Both the position numbers and the translations under genes were made by a program. DNA of 64,000 nucleotides, taken from contig CAWFXA010000002.1 of the NCBI GenBank assembly GCA_963819655.1, positions 480,001-544,000 of the forward strand, in the 5' to 3' direction. Within the stretch, counting starts at the first letter, position 1. Each line of letters opens with the position of its first letter. Below the pieces are notes generated by a model. That model was not told the DNA's origin. It worked only from the letters and a program-made list of their open reading frames with translations, and did no database searches. Source of the stretch: an uncultured Chloroflexia bacterium (GTDB taxonomy: Bacteria; Chloroflexota; Limnocylindria; Limnocylindrales; CSP1-4). Below are positions 22,531 to 31,900 of the stretch, piece after piece.

Positions 22531-24422
22531 ACACGTACATCGACGGGCGTCCAGCGGAACGACGGTTCTCGCGGTTCGTCGTGTTCGGGCTGGCGGTCGT
22601 CCTGGCACTCGGCACGCTGACAGCTCGACTGTTCTACCTCCAGATCACCAATGGGACCGAGTTCAGCGCCATTTCGGACCGCCAGCGCACCGTCGACGAG
22701 CCGATCCCCGCGCCACGCGGGTACATGTACGACCGGAACGGCCGGCTGCTTGTCACGAACGTGCCGACGTTCGCCGTCAAGGTTCGGCCGGCGGACCTCC
22801 CCGACTCGATGCGAGATGACGTCGTTGCTCGACTCGGGGCATTGCTGTCGATGGATCCGGCCGAGATCAACGCGACGATCGACGGGAACCCTGGCTCGGC
22901 CTTCGATCTCGTCCGTGTGGCACAGGACGTGGACCGCGAGACCGCCCAGTTGATCTCGGAGGCCGGCTACGAGCTGCCCGGCGTCGAAGTCGCCGTCGAG
23001 GCACGCCGCGAATACACCGATGGGGCATTGATGTCCCAGCTCCTCGGGTACACGGGTCCGGTCTCGGCCGAACAGCTACCCGACCTGCGCGAGAAGGGCT
23101 ATCAACCGGATGACCTGCTCGGACAGGTCGGGCTGGAGGCACAGTACGAAACGGAGCTCCGCGGCACGTACGGCGTCCAGACCGTGGCGCGCGACAAGAC
23201 CGGCCGGCGGACGCAAGTGCTGCAGACCGTCAGTGACGCCGTCCCCGGCGCCTCACTCACCCTGACGGTCGATACCAAGACCCAGAAGAACGCCCAGAAG
23301 GCCCTCAAGTGGGCGATGGACAAGGTCGGGATGACTCGTGGTGTCGTGATCGCGATGAACCCCCAGACGGGTGAGATCCTCGCGATGGTGAGCCTCCCCA
23401 CGTACGACAACAACAAGTTCGCGCGTGGCATCAGTGCGGCCGAGTACAAGAAGCTGCTCAAGAACAAGGACAAGCCGTTGCTGAATCACGCGATCCAGGC
23501 GCACTACGCGCCCGGGTCGACCTACAAGCTCGTGACCGGCACGGGCGGCCTGGCGGACCGCGAGATCACCGAGTCGACCCGAGTCCTGACGAAGGGCTTC
23601 CTGACGCTCGGCGATACGAAGTTCTACGAGTGGAACCGGCGTGGCTGGGGTCCGTGCGACATCTATTGCGGATTCGGTCATTCGAGCGACACGTTCTTCT
23701 ACCAGGTCGCCGGGATGCTCGGGATCGACCGGCTGGCCTACTGGGCACGGCAATACGGGTTCGGCGCCCCGACCGGCGTGGACCTTCCTGGTGAAGTCGA
23801 AGGTATCGTCCCGGACAACGCATGGAAGCAGGATGTCCTTGGTGCGCCAGTGTTCCCGGGCGAGACATACCAGGCCGGCATCGGCCAGGGCTACGACGCG
23901 GTCACACCGCTGCAGCTGATCAACGCGTATGCCGCACTGGCGAACGGCGGGAAGCTCTACCAGCCGCAGATCGTGCGCGACGTCATCGGCCCGAATGGCG
24001 AGATCGTGCGTCCGTTCAAGCCGAAGGTGCTCCACAAGCTCAAGGTGAAGTCGGGCGTGCTGCGCACGATGAGGCTCGCGGCCCGCGAGACCGTGACGCT
24101 GCGCCACACGTACAACCTGGTCGACCTGCCGATCAAGATCGCCGGAAAGTCCGGGACGGCTGAATTCGGGACCCCGGACTCCAAGGGCCGCCTGCCCTAC
24201 TCATCGTTCTTCGTCGGGTTCACGCCGAAGGACGCGCGCCACGGCTCTTTCGCCGACCATGATTCCCAGCTCATCGTGATGGCATTCGCGCACGACTCCC
24301 GCACGAAGGGCAATGCCGCGACAGAGATCGTGAAGTACTTCTTCCAGCTCCACTACGGGATCGACAAGGATTACCGTCTCTCGGAGAACATGGAGCGCAC
24401 GAACTTCTACTCGAACGACTGA
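22527..24422 (+). CDS. mrdA: penicillin-binding protein 2
   Basis: RLFYLQI, APRGYMYDRNG, PGSTYK (SxxK), SSD, KSGTAE. Confidence 0.95.
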   Translation: MNTYIDGRPAERRFSRFVVFGLAVVLALGTLTARLFYLQITNGTEFSAISDRQRTVDEPIPAPRGYMYDRNGRLLVTNVPTFAVKVRPADLPDSMRDDVVARLGALLSMDPAEINATIDGNPGSAFDLVRVAQDVDRETAQLISEAGYELPGVEVAVEARREYTDGALMSQLLGYTGPVSAEQLPDLREKGYQPDDLLGQVGLEAQYETELRGTYGVQTVARDKTGRRTQVLQTVSDAVPGASLTLTVDTKTQKNAQKALKWAMDKVGMTRGVVIAMNPQTGEILAMVSLPTYDNNKFARGISAAEYKKLLKNKDKPLLNHAIQAHYAPGSTYKLVTGTGGLADREITESTRVLTKGFLTLGDTKFYEWNRRGWGPCDIYCGFGHSSDTFFYQVAGMLGIDRLAYWARQYGFGAPTGVDLPGEVEGIVPDNAWKQDVLGAPVFPGETYQAGIGQGYDAVTPLQLINAYAALANGGKLYQPQIVRDVIGPNGEIVRPFKPKVLHKLKVKSGVLRTMRLAARETVTLRHTYNLVDLPIKIAGKSGTAEFGTPDSKGRLPYSSFFVGFTPKDARHGSFADHDSQLIVMAFAHDSRTKGNAATEIVKYFFQLHYGIDKDYRLSENMERTNFYSND

Positions 24423-25582
24423 TGGGCGTCATCCGAACCGAGCCGGCGCGCATGACGGACTGGGCGGCACGGTCCGTCGGGGCCGCATGGCGCGCGTTCG
24501 ACCTGCAGCTTGCGACCTACGCCGGTCTTCTCGTCGCGATCGGCCTTGTGATGGCCTACACGAACAGCGTGGAGAATGGCTCAACGCCGCTCGAGGCCGG
24601 CACGACATTCACGCGCGGTCTGATGTGGGCGGGGATCGCTGGTGTCGTGTTCGTGCTCGCCACGGCATTCGACTACCGCTGGTTCAAGACACTGTCCTGG
24701 CCGGTCTACCTGCTCCAGCTCGGCCTGCTGGTGCTCACGCTGGCCATCGGCGATGGGGTCGGGAATTCGGCTCGCTGGATCACGATGGGTCCGCTGACCT
24801 TCCAGTTCAGCGAGCTCGCGAAGGTCTTGATGATCATCGTTCTCGCGAACTACCTCGCGAGCCGACATCACCGACTCGACTCGCTGAGAACGGTCCTCGG
24901 GGCGTGCGTGCTCGTCGGCCCACCGTGGCTGCTCGTCATGCTGCAGCCCGACCTCGGGACGTCGCTCGTGTTCATCGGCATCCTGGCCGGAATGCTCTGG
25001 ATGTCCGGGGCGAGCATGAAGTGGCTCGCGGTCCTGGCGGGTGCAGTCATCGCGATGGTCCCGATCGCGTGGACGTACGTCCTGCGCGACTACCAGAAGG
25101 AGCGACTGACCTCGTTTCTGAACCCGACCCCCGACATCTCGGACTCGGGCTACCAGCTCTACCAGTCGCAGATCGCGGTCGGCTCGGGCGGCTGGTTCGG
25201 GCGCGGCCTCACGAACGGCACACAGGCCCAAGGTGACTTCCTTCCCGTGCAAACCACCGACTTCGTCTTCTCGGTCCTCGCCGAAGAGCTCGGGTTCCTC
25301 GGAGCCATGGTGCTGTTCGTGTTGTTCGCCCTGCTGCTGTGGCGCGTCATCGTCGCCGCCTGGCGATCACGCGACCCGTTCGGGACGCTGTTCGCGTCCG
25401 GGATCGCATCGATGGTGCTATTCCAGCTGTTCGTCAATGTCGGGATGGTCATGGGCATCATGCCGATCACCGGGATCCCGCTGCCGTTCGTGACCCACGG
25501 CGGAGCCTCGCTCGTCAGCATCGCGATCGGGCTCGGCATCATCCAGAGCATCAACATCCGCCAGACCCGCGCCGAGTGGTAG
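24422..25582 (+). CDS. rodA: SEDS glycosyltransferase RodA
   Basis: FQFSELAK, LQPDLGT, GYQLYQSQIAVGSGG, TDFVFSVLAEELG, PITGIPLPF. Confidence 0.95.
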   Translation: MGVIRTEPARMTDWAARSVGAAWRAFDLQLATYAGLLVAIGLVMAYTNSVENGSTPLEAGTTFTRGLMWAGIAGVVFVLATAFDYRWFKTLSWPVYLLQLGLLVLTLAIGDGVGNSARWITMGPLTFQFSELAKVLMIIVLANYLASRHHRLDSLRTVLGACVLVGPPWLLVMLQPDLGTSLVFIGILAGMLWMSGASMKWLAVLAGAVIAMVPIAWTYVLRDYQKERLTSFLNPTPDISDSGYQLYQSQIAVGSGGWFGRGLTNGTQAQGDFLPVQTTDFVFSVLAEELGFLGAMVLFVLFALLLWRVIVAAWRSRDPFGTLFASGIASMVLFQLFVNVGMVMGIMPITGIPLPFVTHGGASLVSIAIGLGIIQSINIRQTRAEW

Positions 25583-25651
25583 AGGCCGGCTAGACGACCG
25601 CTGGTCAAGCGAGTCGCCCGGCCGCGTGGACAGCGCGCACGATCGCGTTCG

Positions 25652-26281
25652 TCAGCGCCGCCGGAACAGGCCCCGTCGCTCGGTCGCGTCTGCGTCGGCC
25701 GAGCGTCGCCGACCCGCGCTGCGCAGGATCGCGTCGACCTCGTCGCGGTACTGCCGGCCGATCGGCGTTCGATCGAGCCACTCGATGTACTCGATATCCG
25801 TTCGCGCGATCTCCCCGAGCGACCAGCCCACGAAGCGCCCGAAGTTCAGCACGCTTCCGGACGGATTGCCAGGAGGTGGTCCGGCGGCGCCGGCGCCGTC
25901 GGCGGTGTGCATCGATGGGTCGTATCCGCCGCCGACCGAGGAGCGCCCGCTCGACCAGTCGCGCGAGACGGTCTCCGGCGGTGTGGGCGACCTCGGCGCG
26001 GACCGCCCGGCGGCAGACCCGGCTGTGACACCCGCATCGCCGCGCCGTGCCATCGCCGCCTCGATGGCGCGCTCTCGATCGAACGCCGCACGCTGGACCG
26101 GGTCGCCGATCTGCTCCCAGGCGACGTTGAGCGCGGCCATGCGCCGGGCGGACTCGGCTCCGGTGGCCACGTCGGGGTGGTATTTGCGGGCCAGCCGTCG
26201 GTAGGCCGCGGCGATGACCTCGTCCTCGGCCTCCGAGTCGACCTGGAGCGTCTTGTACGGGTCGGGCGCCTTGTCTGTCAC
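25652..26281 (-). CDS. J-domain protein with small C-terminal domain
   Basis: DPYKTLQV...AYRRLARKYHPD; C-terminal LNFGRFVGWSLGEIARTDIEYIEWL; GTG overlaps upstream stop. Confidence 0.85.
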   Translation of the reverse strand: MTDKAPDPYKTLQVDSEAEDEVIAAAYRRLARKYHPDVATGAESARRMAALNVAWEQIGDPVQRAAFDRERAIEAAMARRGDAGVTAGSAAGRSAPRSPTPPETVSRDWSSGRSSVGGGYDPSMHTADGAGAAGPPPGNPSGSVLNFGRFVGWSLGEIARTDIEYIEWLDRTPIGRQYRDEVDAILRSAGRRRSADADATERRGLFRRR

Positions 26282-27552
26282 GGCCTCGACCTGCCAGGGA
26301 TGCCCGGGTGGACGTCCAGCCCGAGGCCGGCGATCGAGGCTGCCAGGGCCTCCGGCGCGTCCGGGCTGAGGCGTCGGAAGAGGTAGCGCGTGACATCGCG
26401 CATGGCCGCAGCTACCGGCAAGGCGAGGATCGCGCCGAGCAAGCCTCCGAGTGACCCGCCGATGACGATCGCGAACATCACGAGGGCGGGATGCAGCTCG
26501 ATGGCGTCCCCTTGGATCTTCGGCACGAGGAAGTTGTTCTCGATCTGCTGCACGAGCGTGTACAGGACGAGCGCTGCGATCACCGCCTCGAGACCGGCGG
26601 TCGCAGCGAGCAGCACGGCTGGGACCGCCGCGATGATCGGCCCGATGATCGGCAACAGCTCCAGGATCCCGGCCGTCACGGACAGCAGGACGGCGTACCG
26701 ACCGAACACGGGATCGACGAATCGGCTGAGCAGCAGCAGGCCGATGAACGTGAACACTCCGACCGTGACGCCGAGGACCACCTGCGCCCGGACCCACTGG
26801 CCGAAGAGCCGCCGGATGATCCGCATGACCGCCCAGACGTCGAACCGCCACGCGGCCGGCAGGCTCCGGTCGAACTGCTGCGTCAGCGACACCCGGTCCT
26901 TGAGCAGGTAGAACACCCACACCGGCAACAGGATGTAGCCGAAGATCGCACCGACGATGCTCGTGGCCCCTGTCAGGATAGGCAAGAGGGAGGTCGGATC
27001 GAACGATGCTTCACCGCCCGGACCCTGTCCGAGCGACGCGATCATCGAGTCGATCCATTCGCGGACGGCGTCCGGAATGGCGAGTCGCGCGTAGATCTCC
27101 GAGAGCCGGTCGAGCTGCGCCTGCAGCTGCGTCGCGAGACCTGGCAGATCCTGCAGGAACTGGACGATCTCGCTGATCAGGGGTGCAAGCGTGAAGTTGA
27201 GGAACTCGACGATCAGGACGACCGCGATCACGTAGACGATGAGGATCGCCACCGTCCGGCGCACGCCGTGGCGCGCGAGCCAGCGCACTGGCGGATCGAG
27301 CAGATAGACGAGCAGCAGGCCCACGACGAACGGCCGGACCGCGTCGCGGGCCATCCACAGGATGATGCCGATGACGATCGCCGCCACGATCAGGACGGCG
27401 ACCCGCGGCGAGATCGGTGCGAACCGAGGGCCGGCGGGGCTCGAAGCCGGATCGACGAACGGGGGAGGGGGCAGCTGCGGGACCCACTCTGTCGCCGGCT
27501 CCGAGCCGGGCCGTTCAGGCTCGCCGGGAGTGGGCCGATCCGGCTCGTCCAT
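26278..27552 (-). CDS. AI-2E family transporter
   Basis: YLLDPPV, LELLPIIGP, VQQIENNFLVPKIQG, LHPALV, GAILALP. Confidence 0.92.
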   Translation of the reverse strand: MDEPDRPTPGEPERPGSEPATEWVPQLPPPPFVDPASSPAGPRFAPISPRVAVLIVAAIVIGIILWMARDAVRPFVVGLLLVYLLDPPVRWLARHGVRRTVAILIVYVIAVVLIVEFLNFTLAPLISEIVQFLQDLPGLATQLQAQLDRLSEIYARLAIPDAVREWIDSMIASLGQGPGGEASFDPTSLLPILTGATSIVGAIFGYILLPVWVFYLLKDRVSLTQQFDRSLPAAWRFDVWAVMRIIRRLFGQWVRAQVVLGVTVGVFTFIGLLLLSRFVDPVFGRYAVLLSVTAGILELLPIIGPIIAAVPAVLLAATAGLEAVIAALVLYTLVQQIENNFLVPKIQGDAIELHPALVMFAIVIGGSLGGLLGAILALPVAAAMRDVTRYLFRRLSPDAPEALAASIAGLGLDVHPGIPGRSRP

Positions 27553-27572
27553 CGTCCGGCAGACTAGCAGAC

Positions 27573-28319
27573 GTGTCCCGCCCACCCGAGCACGGCGAGC
27601 AGCCTGCGGCTGAGCCTGCGACCGCCCGAGCCCAGCCCGCGCCTGTCGCCGAGCCGCGCCAGCGCTGGCGTCTGGTCGTCGCCCGGTCTGCCGACGCGCC
27701 CGCGCTCGCGCAGCGGGAGGTCGGCGAGGCGTGGACGGCCGCGCTCGAGGGCGCGGGGCTCCCCCTCGTTCGCGCCGACAGCAGCACCCGCACCCGACCG
27801 CGGATCTCGTTCGGGGCGCCGCTGCCGGTCGGCATGGCCGCTGAGGGCGAGCTGATCGATGTGGTCCTTGTCGAGCGCTGGCCGATCTGGCGAGTCCGCG
27901 AAGCCTTGACCGGTCGCCTGCCGGTCGGTTGGCGCCTGGTCGACTTGTTCGACGTGTGGCTGGCGGGTCCGCCGCTCGCGGGCCGGGTCGGTGCCGCCGA
28001 CTATCGGATCACGCTGGCGTCCGCGCCGGACCCGGGCGGCCTCCAGCGCGCGGCCGAGGACCTGCTCGCCACCGAGCGTCTACCACGCGAGCGGGCCAAG
28101 GGAGGCGGCACCGTCACATACGACCTCCGGCCGCTGCTGATCGACCTCGCGATCGAGCCCGGCCCACCGGCGCTCGTCCGGACGCGCACGCGATTCCACC
28201 CCGAGCTCGGCACCGGCCGCCCCGAGGAGGTCGTCGCGGCTCTGCGCGACATGTTCGGCGCGCCTCTCGAGATCGACTCGATCGTCCGTGAGCGCCTTGT
28301 CCTCGTCGACGACCTGTGA
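27573..28319 (+). CDS. radical SAM-associated protein (TIGR03936/DUF2344-like), start uncertain
   Basis: PRISFGAPLPVGMAAEGE, TYDLRP, GRPEEV motifs. Confidence 0.8.
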   Translation: MSRPPEHGEQPAAEPATARAQPAPVAEPRQRWRLVVARSADAPALAQREVGEAWTAALEGAGLPLVRADSSTRTRPRISFGAPLPVGMAAEGELIDVVLVERWPIWRVREALTGRLPVGWRLVDLFDVWLAGPPLAGRVGAADYRITLASAPDPGGLQRAAEDLLATERLPRERAKGGGTVTYDLRPLLIDLAIEPGPPALVRTRTRFHPELGTGRPEEVVAALRDMFGAPLEIDSIVRERLVLVDDL

Positions 28320-28590
28320 CGATCGACGATCGACCGCAGCGGGATCGGACGTCGCTCCTCCGGCTCGCCGTCGCCCTGTCCGTCCTGAGCATCGGGATCA
28401 ACGGGGTCCTCGGCGGGACCGCCGTTACTTGTCGGCCTGGCGAGCGACAGCCTGTCGCTGCTCGGGTTCGGCCTGGATGCCGCGATCGATTCCGTCAGCG
28501 TCGGTGGCGCTCGTCTGGCGCTTCCGGACCGAGGTGCGCGAGCCGCATCGCGCAGAGCGGATCGAGGCCGTTGCCGAGACCGTGGCGTCG
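28316..28590 (+). pseudogene. cation transporter (CDF-like) 5' fragment, two frameshifts, truncated
   Basis: Removing single A at ~28427 and ~28497 gives ...GLASDSLSLLGFGLDAAIDSVASVALVWRFRTE...AERIE; recognisable similarity stops ~28590. Confidence 0.7.
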
Positions 28591-28627
28591 AGACGAAGTG
28601 CCCCGCGCCACCACTTCGCTCATGGCG

Positions 28628-28771
28628 CCAGGTGACATCCCGTCCATTGAACAAGGGGTTGCCCGAGTCCACGACGTAGCTCTCGATTGACGACCACCAC
28701 GCCCGATGCGCACGCTGGAACTCCGGCGTCTGCTCCATCTCGCCGTGGGCCAGGAATACGAACTTCTTCAT
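28628..28771 (-). pseudogene. YciI-like protein 5' fragment
   Basis: GGAGG SD; MKKFVFLAHGEMEQTPEFQRAHRAWWSSIESYVVDSGNPLFNGRDVT then loses resemblance at the islet junction. Confidence 0.55.
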
Positions 28772-28785
28772 GATGCCTCCTCCGC

Positions 28786-29112
28786 TTAGGGTGGGTCCCG
28801 ACGTAGAGCGTCGACGTAGTTCTCCAGGGTCTCGCCATCCGTGCCCCACCATGGATGGAACTGGCCCGTCCAGGCCTGCAGACGGCTGAGTGGCTCCCGC
28901 TCGAGCGCCAAGAGGTTCGTCCGCCCGAGCTTGCGTCGGCTGACCATCGCAGCCTCCTCGAGCACGCGGACGTGTTTGTGAATCGCCGGCAGCGACAGTC
29001 CACGGAGTTCCGCCAGCTGGCTGATCGACCGCGGCTGAGGAGCAAGAAGCCGGATGATCTCGCGCCTGTGCTCGTTTGCCAGAGCATCGAACACCCGGCT
29101 CAAGCCGTCCAT
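28786..29112 (-). CDS. ArsR/SmtB family transcriptional regulator
   Basis: VFDALANEHRREIIRLL, SLPAIHKHVRVLEEA, RRKLGR. Confidence 0.9.
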   Translation of the reverse strand: MDGLSRVFDALANEHRREIIRLLAPQPRSISQLAELRGLSLPAIHKHVRVLEEAAMVSRRKLGRTNLLALEREPLSRLQAWTGQFHPWWGTDGETLENYVDALRRDPP

Positions 29113-29126
29113 GGTCGCCACCGAAG

Positions 29127-29144
29127 GTTCACCACATGGTTAAC
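29127..29144. promoter_or_regulatory. putative ArsR autoregulatory operator
   Basis: Imperfect AT-rich palindrome GTTCACCACATGGTTAAC just upstream of the ArsR start. Confidence 0.55.
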
Positions 29145-29414
29145 TGTGGACCGCAGAACACGCGCCCGTCAAATCGGCGCACTAGGGGGCCTTGGCTGCT
29201 GAGGCGTCTAAGCCAAGGGGCGCTCCTGTATTCTGTGACGGTCATGGATGCATGCGAGAAGATGAACGTGGCCCTCGGGCACACGTCGCTGGTGGTGGCG
29301 GCCAGCGACGGCCCTGGTGGATAGGCACGACCGAACCACCCTCCCACGTTCTCGCGCGACTGACACACCGAGTGATCTAGCCGGGCCCTCGCGCGCCCGC
29401 TGCGTGTCCTGACC

Positions 29415-30680
29415 ATGGACGTCCTGCTGGCTGGCGGCATCTTCGTCGTCGCCTACGCCCTGATCGCCTCCGAGCGCTTCGACCGCACGCTGGTCGCCCT
29501 GCTGGGCGGGCTGCTCGTGGTGGTCCTCGGGATCATCGACCAGGAGGAGGCGTTCGCCGGGATCGACTTCAACGTCATCTTCCTGCTGGCCGGGATGATG
29601 ATCCTCGCCGGCGGACTGAGTAAGACCGGCTTCTTCGAGTACGTCGCCGGACTGGCCATCCACCGCTCGCGCGGCGAGCCGTTCCGGCTGCTCGTGATGC
29701 TCGCGCTCGCGACCGCGCTGCTCTCGGCGGTCCTCGACAACGTGACGACGGTGGTGCTGCTGACACCAGTGACTCTGTCGATCGCGAGGACGCTCAAGGT
29801 CTCTCCGTTCCCGTATCTCATCAGCCAGATCTTCGCGTCGAACATCGGGGGAACGGCGACCCTCATCGGCGACCCGCCGAACATCCTCATCGGCTCGGCG
29901 GCCGGGCTCGACTTCGCCGACTTCCTCGTCAACCTAGCGCCGGTGGTCCTCGTGATCATGGTCGTCTTCCTCGGGATCCTGCGGCTGTGGTTCCGCCGCT
30001 CGCTGCAGGACGACGAGGACCGGCTGGACGTGATGGCAGCGCTGGACCCAGCGGCGGCGATCACCGATCGGCCGCTGATGATCCGGGCACTGGTCGTATT
30101 GGGTCTGACCCTTGTCGGCTTCCTCTTCCATTCCGTGATCGGCGTGGAGGCGGCGACGATCGCCCTCCTCGGAGCGACCGTCCTGATGATCGTCGGCCCG
30201 CTTGACCCGCACGAGTCCCTGCGCGACATCGAGTGGAGCACGCTGTTCTTCTTCGTCGGCCTGTTCATGCTCGTCGAGGCGGTCGTTCACGTCGGGATCG
30301 TTGGCACGGTCGCCACTGCCCTGGCCGACGTGGTTGATGGACGCCTCGGTGTCGCGACGATCGGCATCCTGTGGGTGTCCGCCTTTGGCTCCGCGATCGT
30401 GGACAACATCCCGTACACGGCAACGGCGATCCCGATCGTCGAGGAGTTGATCGCCACCGGGCTCGACGCCGAACCCCTCTGGTGGGCGTTGGCTTTGGGT
30501 GCGTGCCTCGGCGGCAATCTCACCATCGTCGGCGCCTCGGCCAACATCGTCGTGGCCAACCTCGCTGCCCGCGACGGACACCCGATCACGTTCGGGCAGT
30601 TCCTGCGTTACGGCTCGGTCGTGGTGCTGATGTCGCTCGCGATCTCGACCGCCTACCTGTGGCTCCGCTACCTGGGGTGA
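29415..30680 (+). CDS. ArsB/NhaD (P-protein-like) ion transporter
   Basis: IDFNVIFLLAGMM, DNVTTVVLL, SNIGGTATLIGDPPN, DNIP, GGNLTIVGASAN. Confidence 0.92.
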   Translation: MDVLLAGGIFVVAYALIASERFDRTLVALLGGLLVVVLGIIDQEEAFAGIDFNVIFLLAGMMILAGGLSKTGFFEYVAGLAIHRSRGEPFRLLVMLALATALLSAVLDNVTTVVLLTPVTLSIARTLKVSPFPYLISQIFASNIGGTATLIGDPPNILIGSAAGLDFADFLVNLAPVVLVIMVVFLGILRLWFRRSLQDDEDRLDVMAALDPAAAITDRPLMIRALVVLGLTLVGFLFHSVIGVEAATIALLGATVLMIVGPLDPHESLRDIEWSTLFFFVGLFMLVEAVVHVGIVGTVATALADVVDGRLGVATIGILWVSAFGSAIVDNIPYTATAIPIVEELIATGLDAEPLWWALALGACLGGNLTIVGASANIVVANLAARDGHPITFGQFLRYGSVVVLMSLAISTAYLWLRYLG

Positions 30681-30889
30681 TGGCGATGCACGACGACGGA
30701 GAGCCGATCAGCCGCGGTCAGGTGGATCGGCGTGCGCAAGACAGACGCGCGTTAGGGAACGTCCTGTGGTTCGTTGCCCACTTCGCGGGGGCTGTGCTCG
30801 TCAACGGCGTCCTCGCGATCCTCGGGATCGGAGCCCTTCAGGAGCTTGGCGTATGGCGGACGCCTGAGGCTTCACCAAATGCCCCGTAG
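30680..30889 (+). CDS. small membrane hypothetical protein (69 aa)
   Basis: ATG overlaps upstream stop; one hydrophobic segment. Confidence 0.45.
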   Translation: MAMHDDGEPISRGQVDRRAQDRRALGNVLWFVAHFAGAVLVNGVLAILGIGALQELGVWRTPEASPNAP

Positions 30890-30949
30890 CGGATCAGTCG
30901 CTCGCACAGCTGGTCGTCGTCGTGCGAGCCGCTCACGACGCCGACGGAT

Positions 30950-31900
30950 ATGGCGACGCCCGTGAGCGACTTCGCGATCGCTACGACCGGCCTGAGCAAG
31001 CAGTACCGAGGCGGTGTGCTGGCGGTCGATCAGGTCGACCTACGCGTCGCGTACGGCGAGATCTACGCCTTCCTCGGTCTGAACGGAGCCGGCAAGTCGA
31101 CCACGATCCGAATGCTTCTCGGGATGATCCGACCCACGGCTGGGCACGCGGAGCTGTTCGGTGAACGGGTGGCCAGTGGAGCAACGGACCTGTGGCGGCG
31201 CGTCGGTCACCTCGTCGAGTCGGCGACGGCCTACCAGGAGCTCACCGTTCGAGAGAACCTCGACGTCGCCCGTCGATTGGCCGGAACACCCGACGCCTCG
31301 GGGATTGATCGAGTCCTCGAGCGGCTGGCACTCCAGCCATACGCAGATCGGCGAGCCGGCACGCTTTCGCTTGGCAATCTGCAACGGCTCGCCCTTGCCC
31401 GTGCGCTGCTCCCGTCGCCAGAGATGCTCGTCCTCGATGAACCGGCCAATGGGCTGGATCCAGCTGGTGTGATCGAGATCCGGGAGCTGCTCAGTAGCCT
31501 CGCCGACGAGGGCGTCACGGTCTTCATGTCCAGCCACATCCTCGGTGAGGTCGATCGGCTGGCGACCAGGGTCGGGATCGTCCATCGTGGCCGGCTGGTG
31601 GAGGAGCTGGATCACGACGCCCTGGAGGCGCATCGTGACCTCCGGCTCGAGGTGGAGGCCCGGGACCTCGCGGGTGCCGAGGTCGCGTTGCGGGCGGCGG
31701 GCTTGTCGCCGCGACGGCGCGCGGCAACTGGCGGACCAGCCGTCCTCGAGCTGCGCGAGCCCGGTGCCCGGGCGTCGCCCGACGAGGTCGCAACGCTGCT
31801 CGTCGCCGCGGGCACGCCGCCGACGCGCCTCGCGGTCGCTCGCGAGTCACTCGAGGATCACTTCATCCGCTTGACCACTGGCGACGGCGGGGAACGGTAA
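30950..31900 (+). CDS. ABC transporter ATP-binding protein (BcrA/lantibiotic-immunity-like)
   Basis: GLNGAGKST, LSLGNLQRL, LDEPANGLDPAG, SSHILGEV. Confidence 0.9.
   Translation: MATPVSDFAIATTGLSKQYRGGVLAVDQVDLRVAYGEIYAFLGLNGAGKSTTIRMLLGMIRPTAGHAELFGERVASGATDLWRRVGHLVESATAYQELTVRENLDVARRLAGTPDASGIDRVLERLALQPYADRRAGTLSLGNLQRLALARALLPSPEMLVLDEPANGLDPAGVIEIRELLSSLADEGVTVFMSSHILGEVDRLATRVGIVHRGRLVEELDHDALEAHRDLRLEVEARDLAGAEVALRAAGLSPRRRAATGGPAVLELREPGARASPDEVATLLVAAGTPPTRLAVARESLEDHFIRLTTGDGGER

Noticed and set aside
29190-29324. Hairpin CCTTGGCT/AGCCAAGG and 26-aa ORF upstream of the ArsB/NhaD gene as a riboswitch or leader
   Set aside because: No recognisable riboswitch consensus and no SD for the ORF
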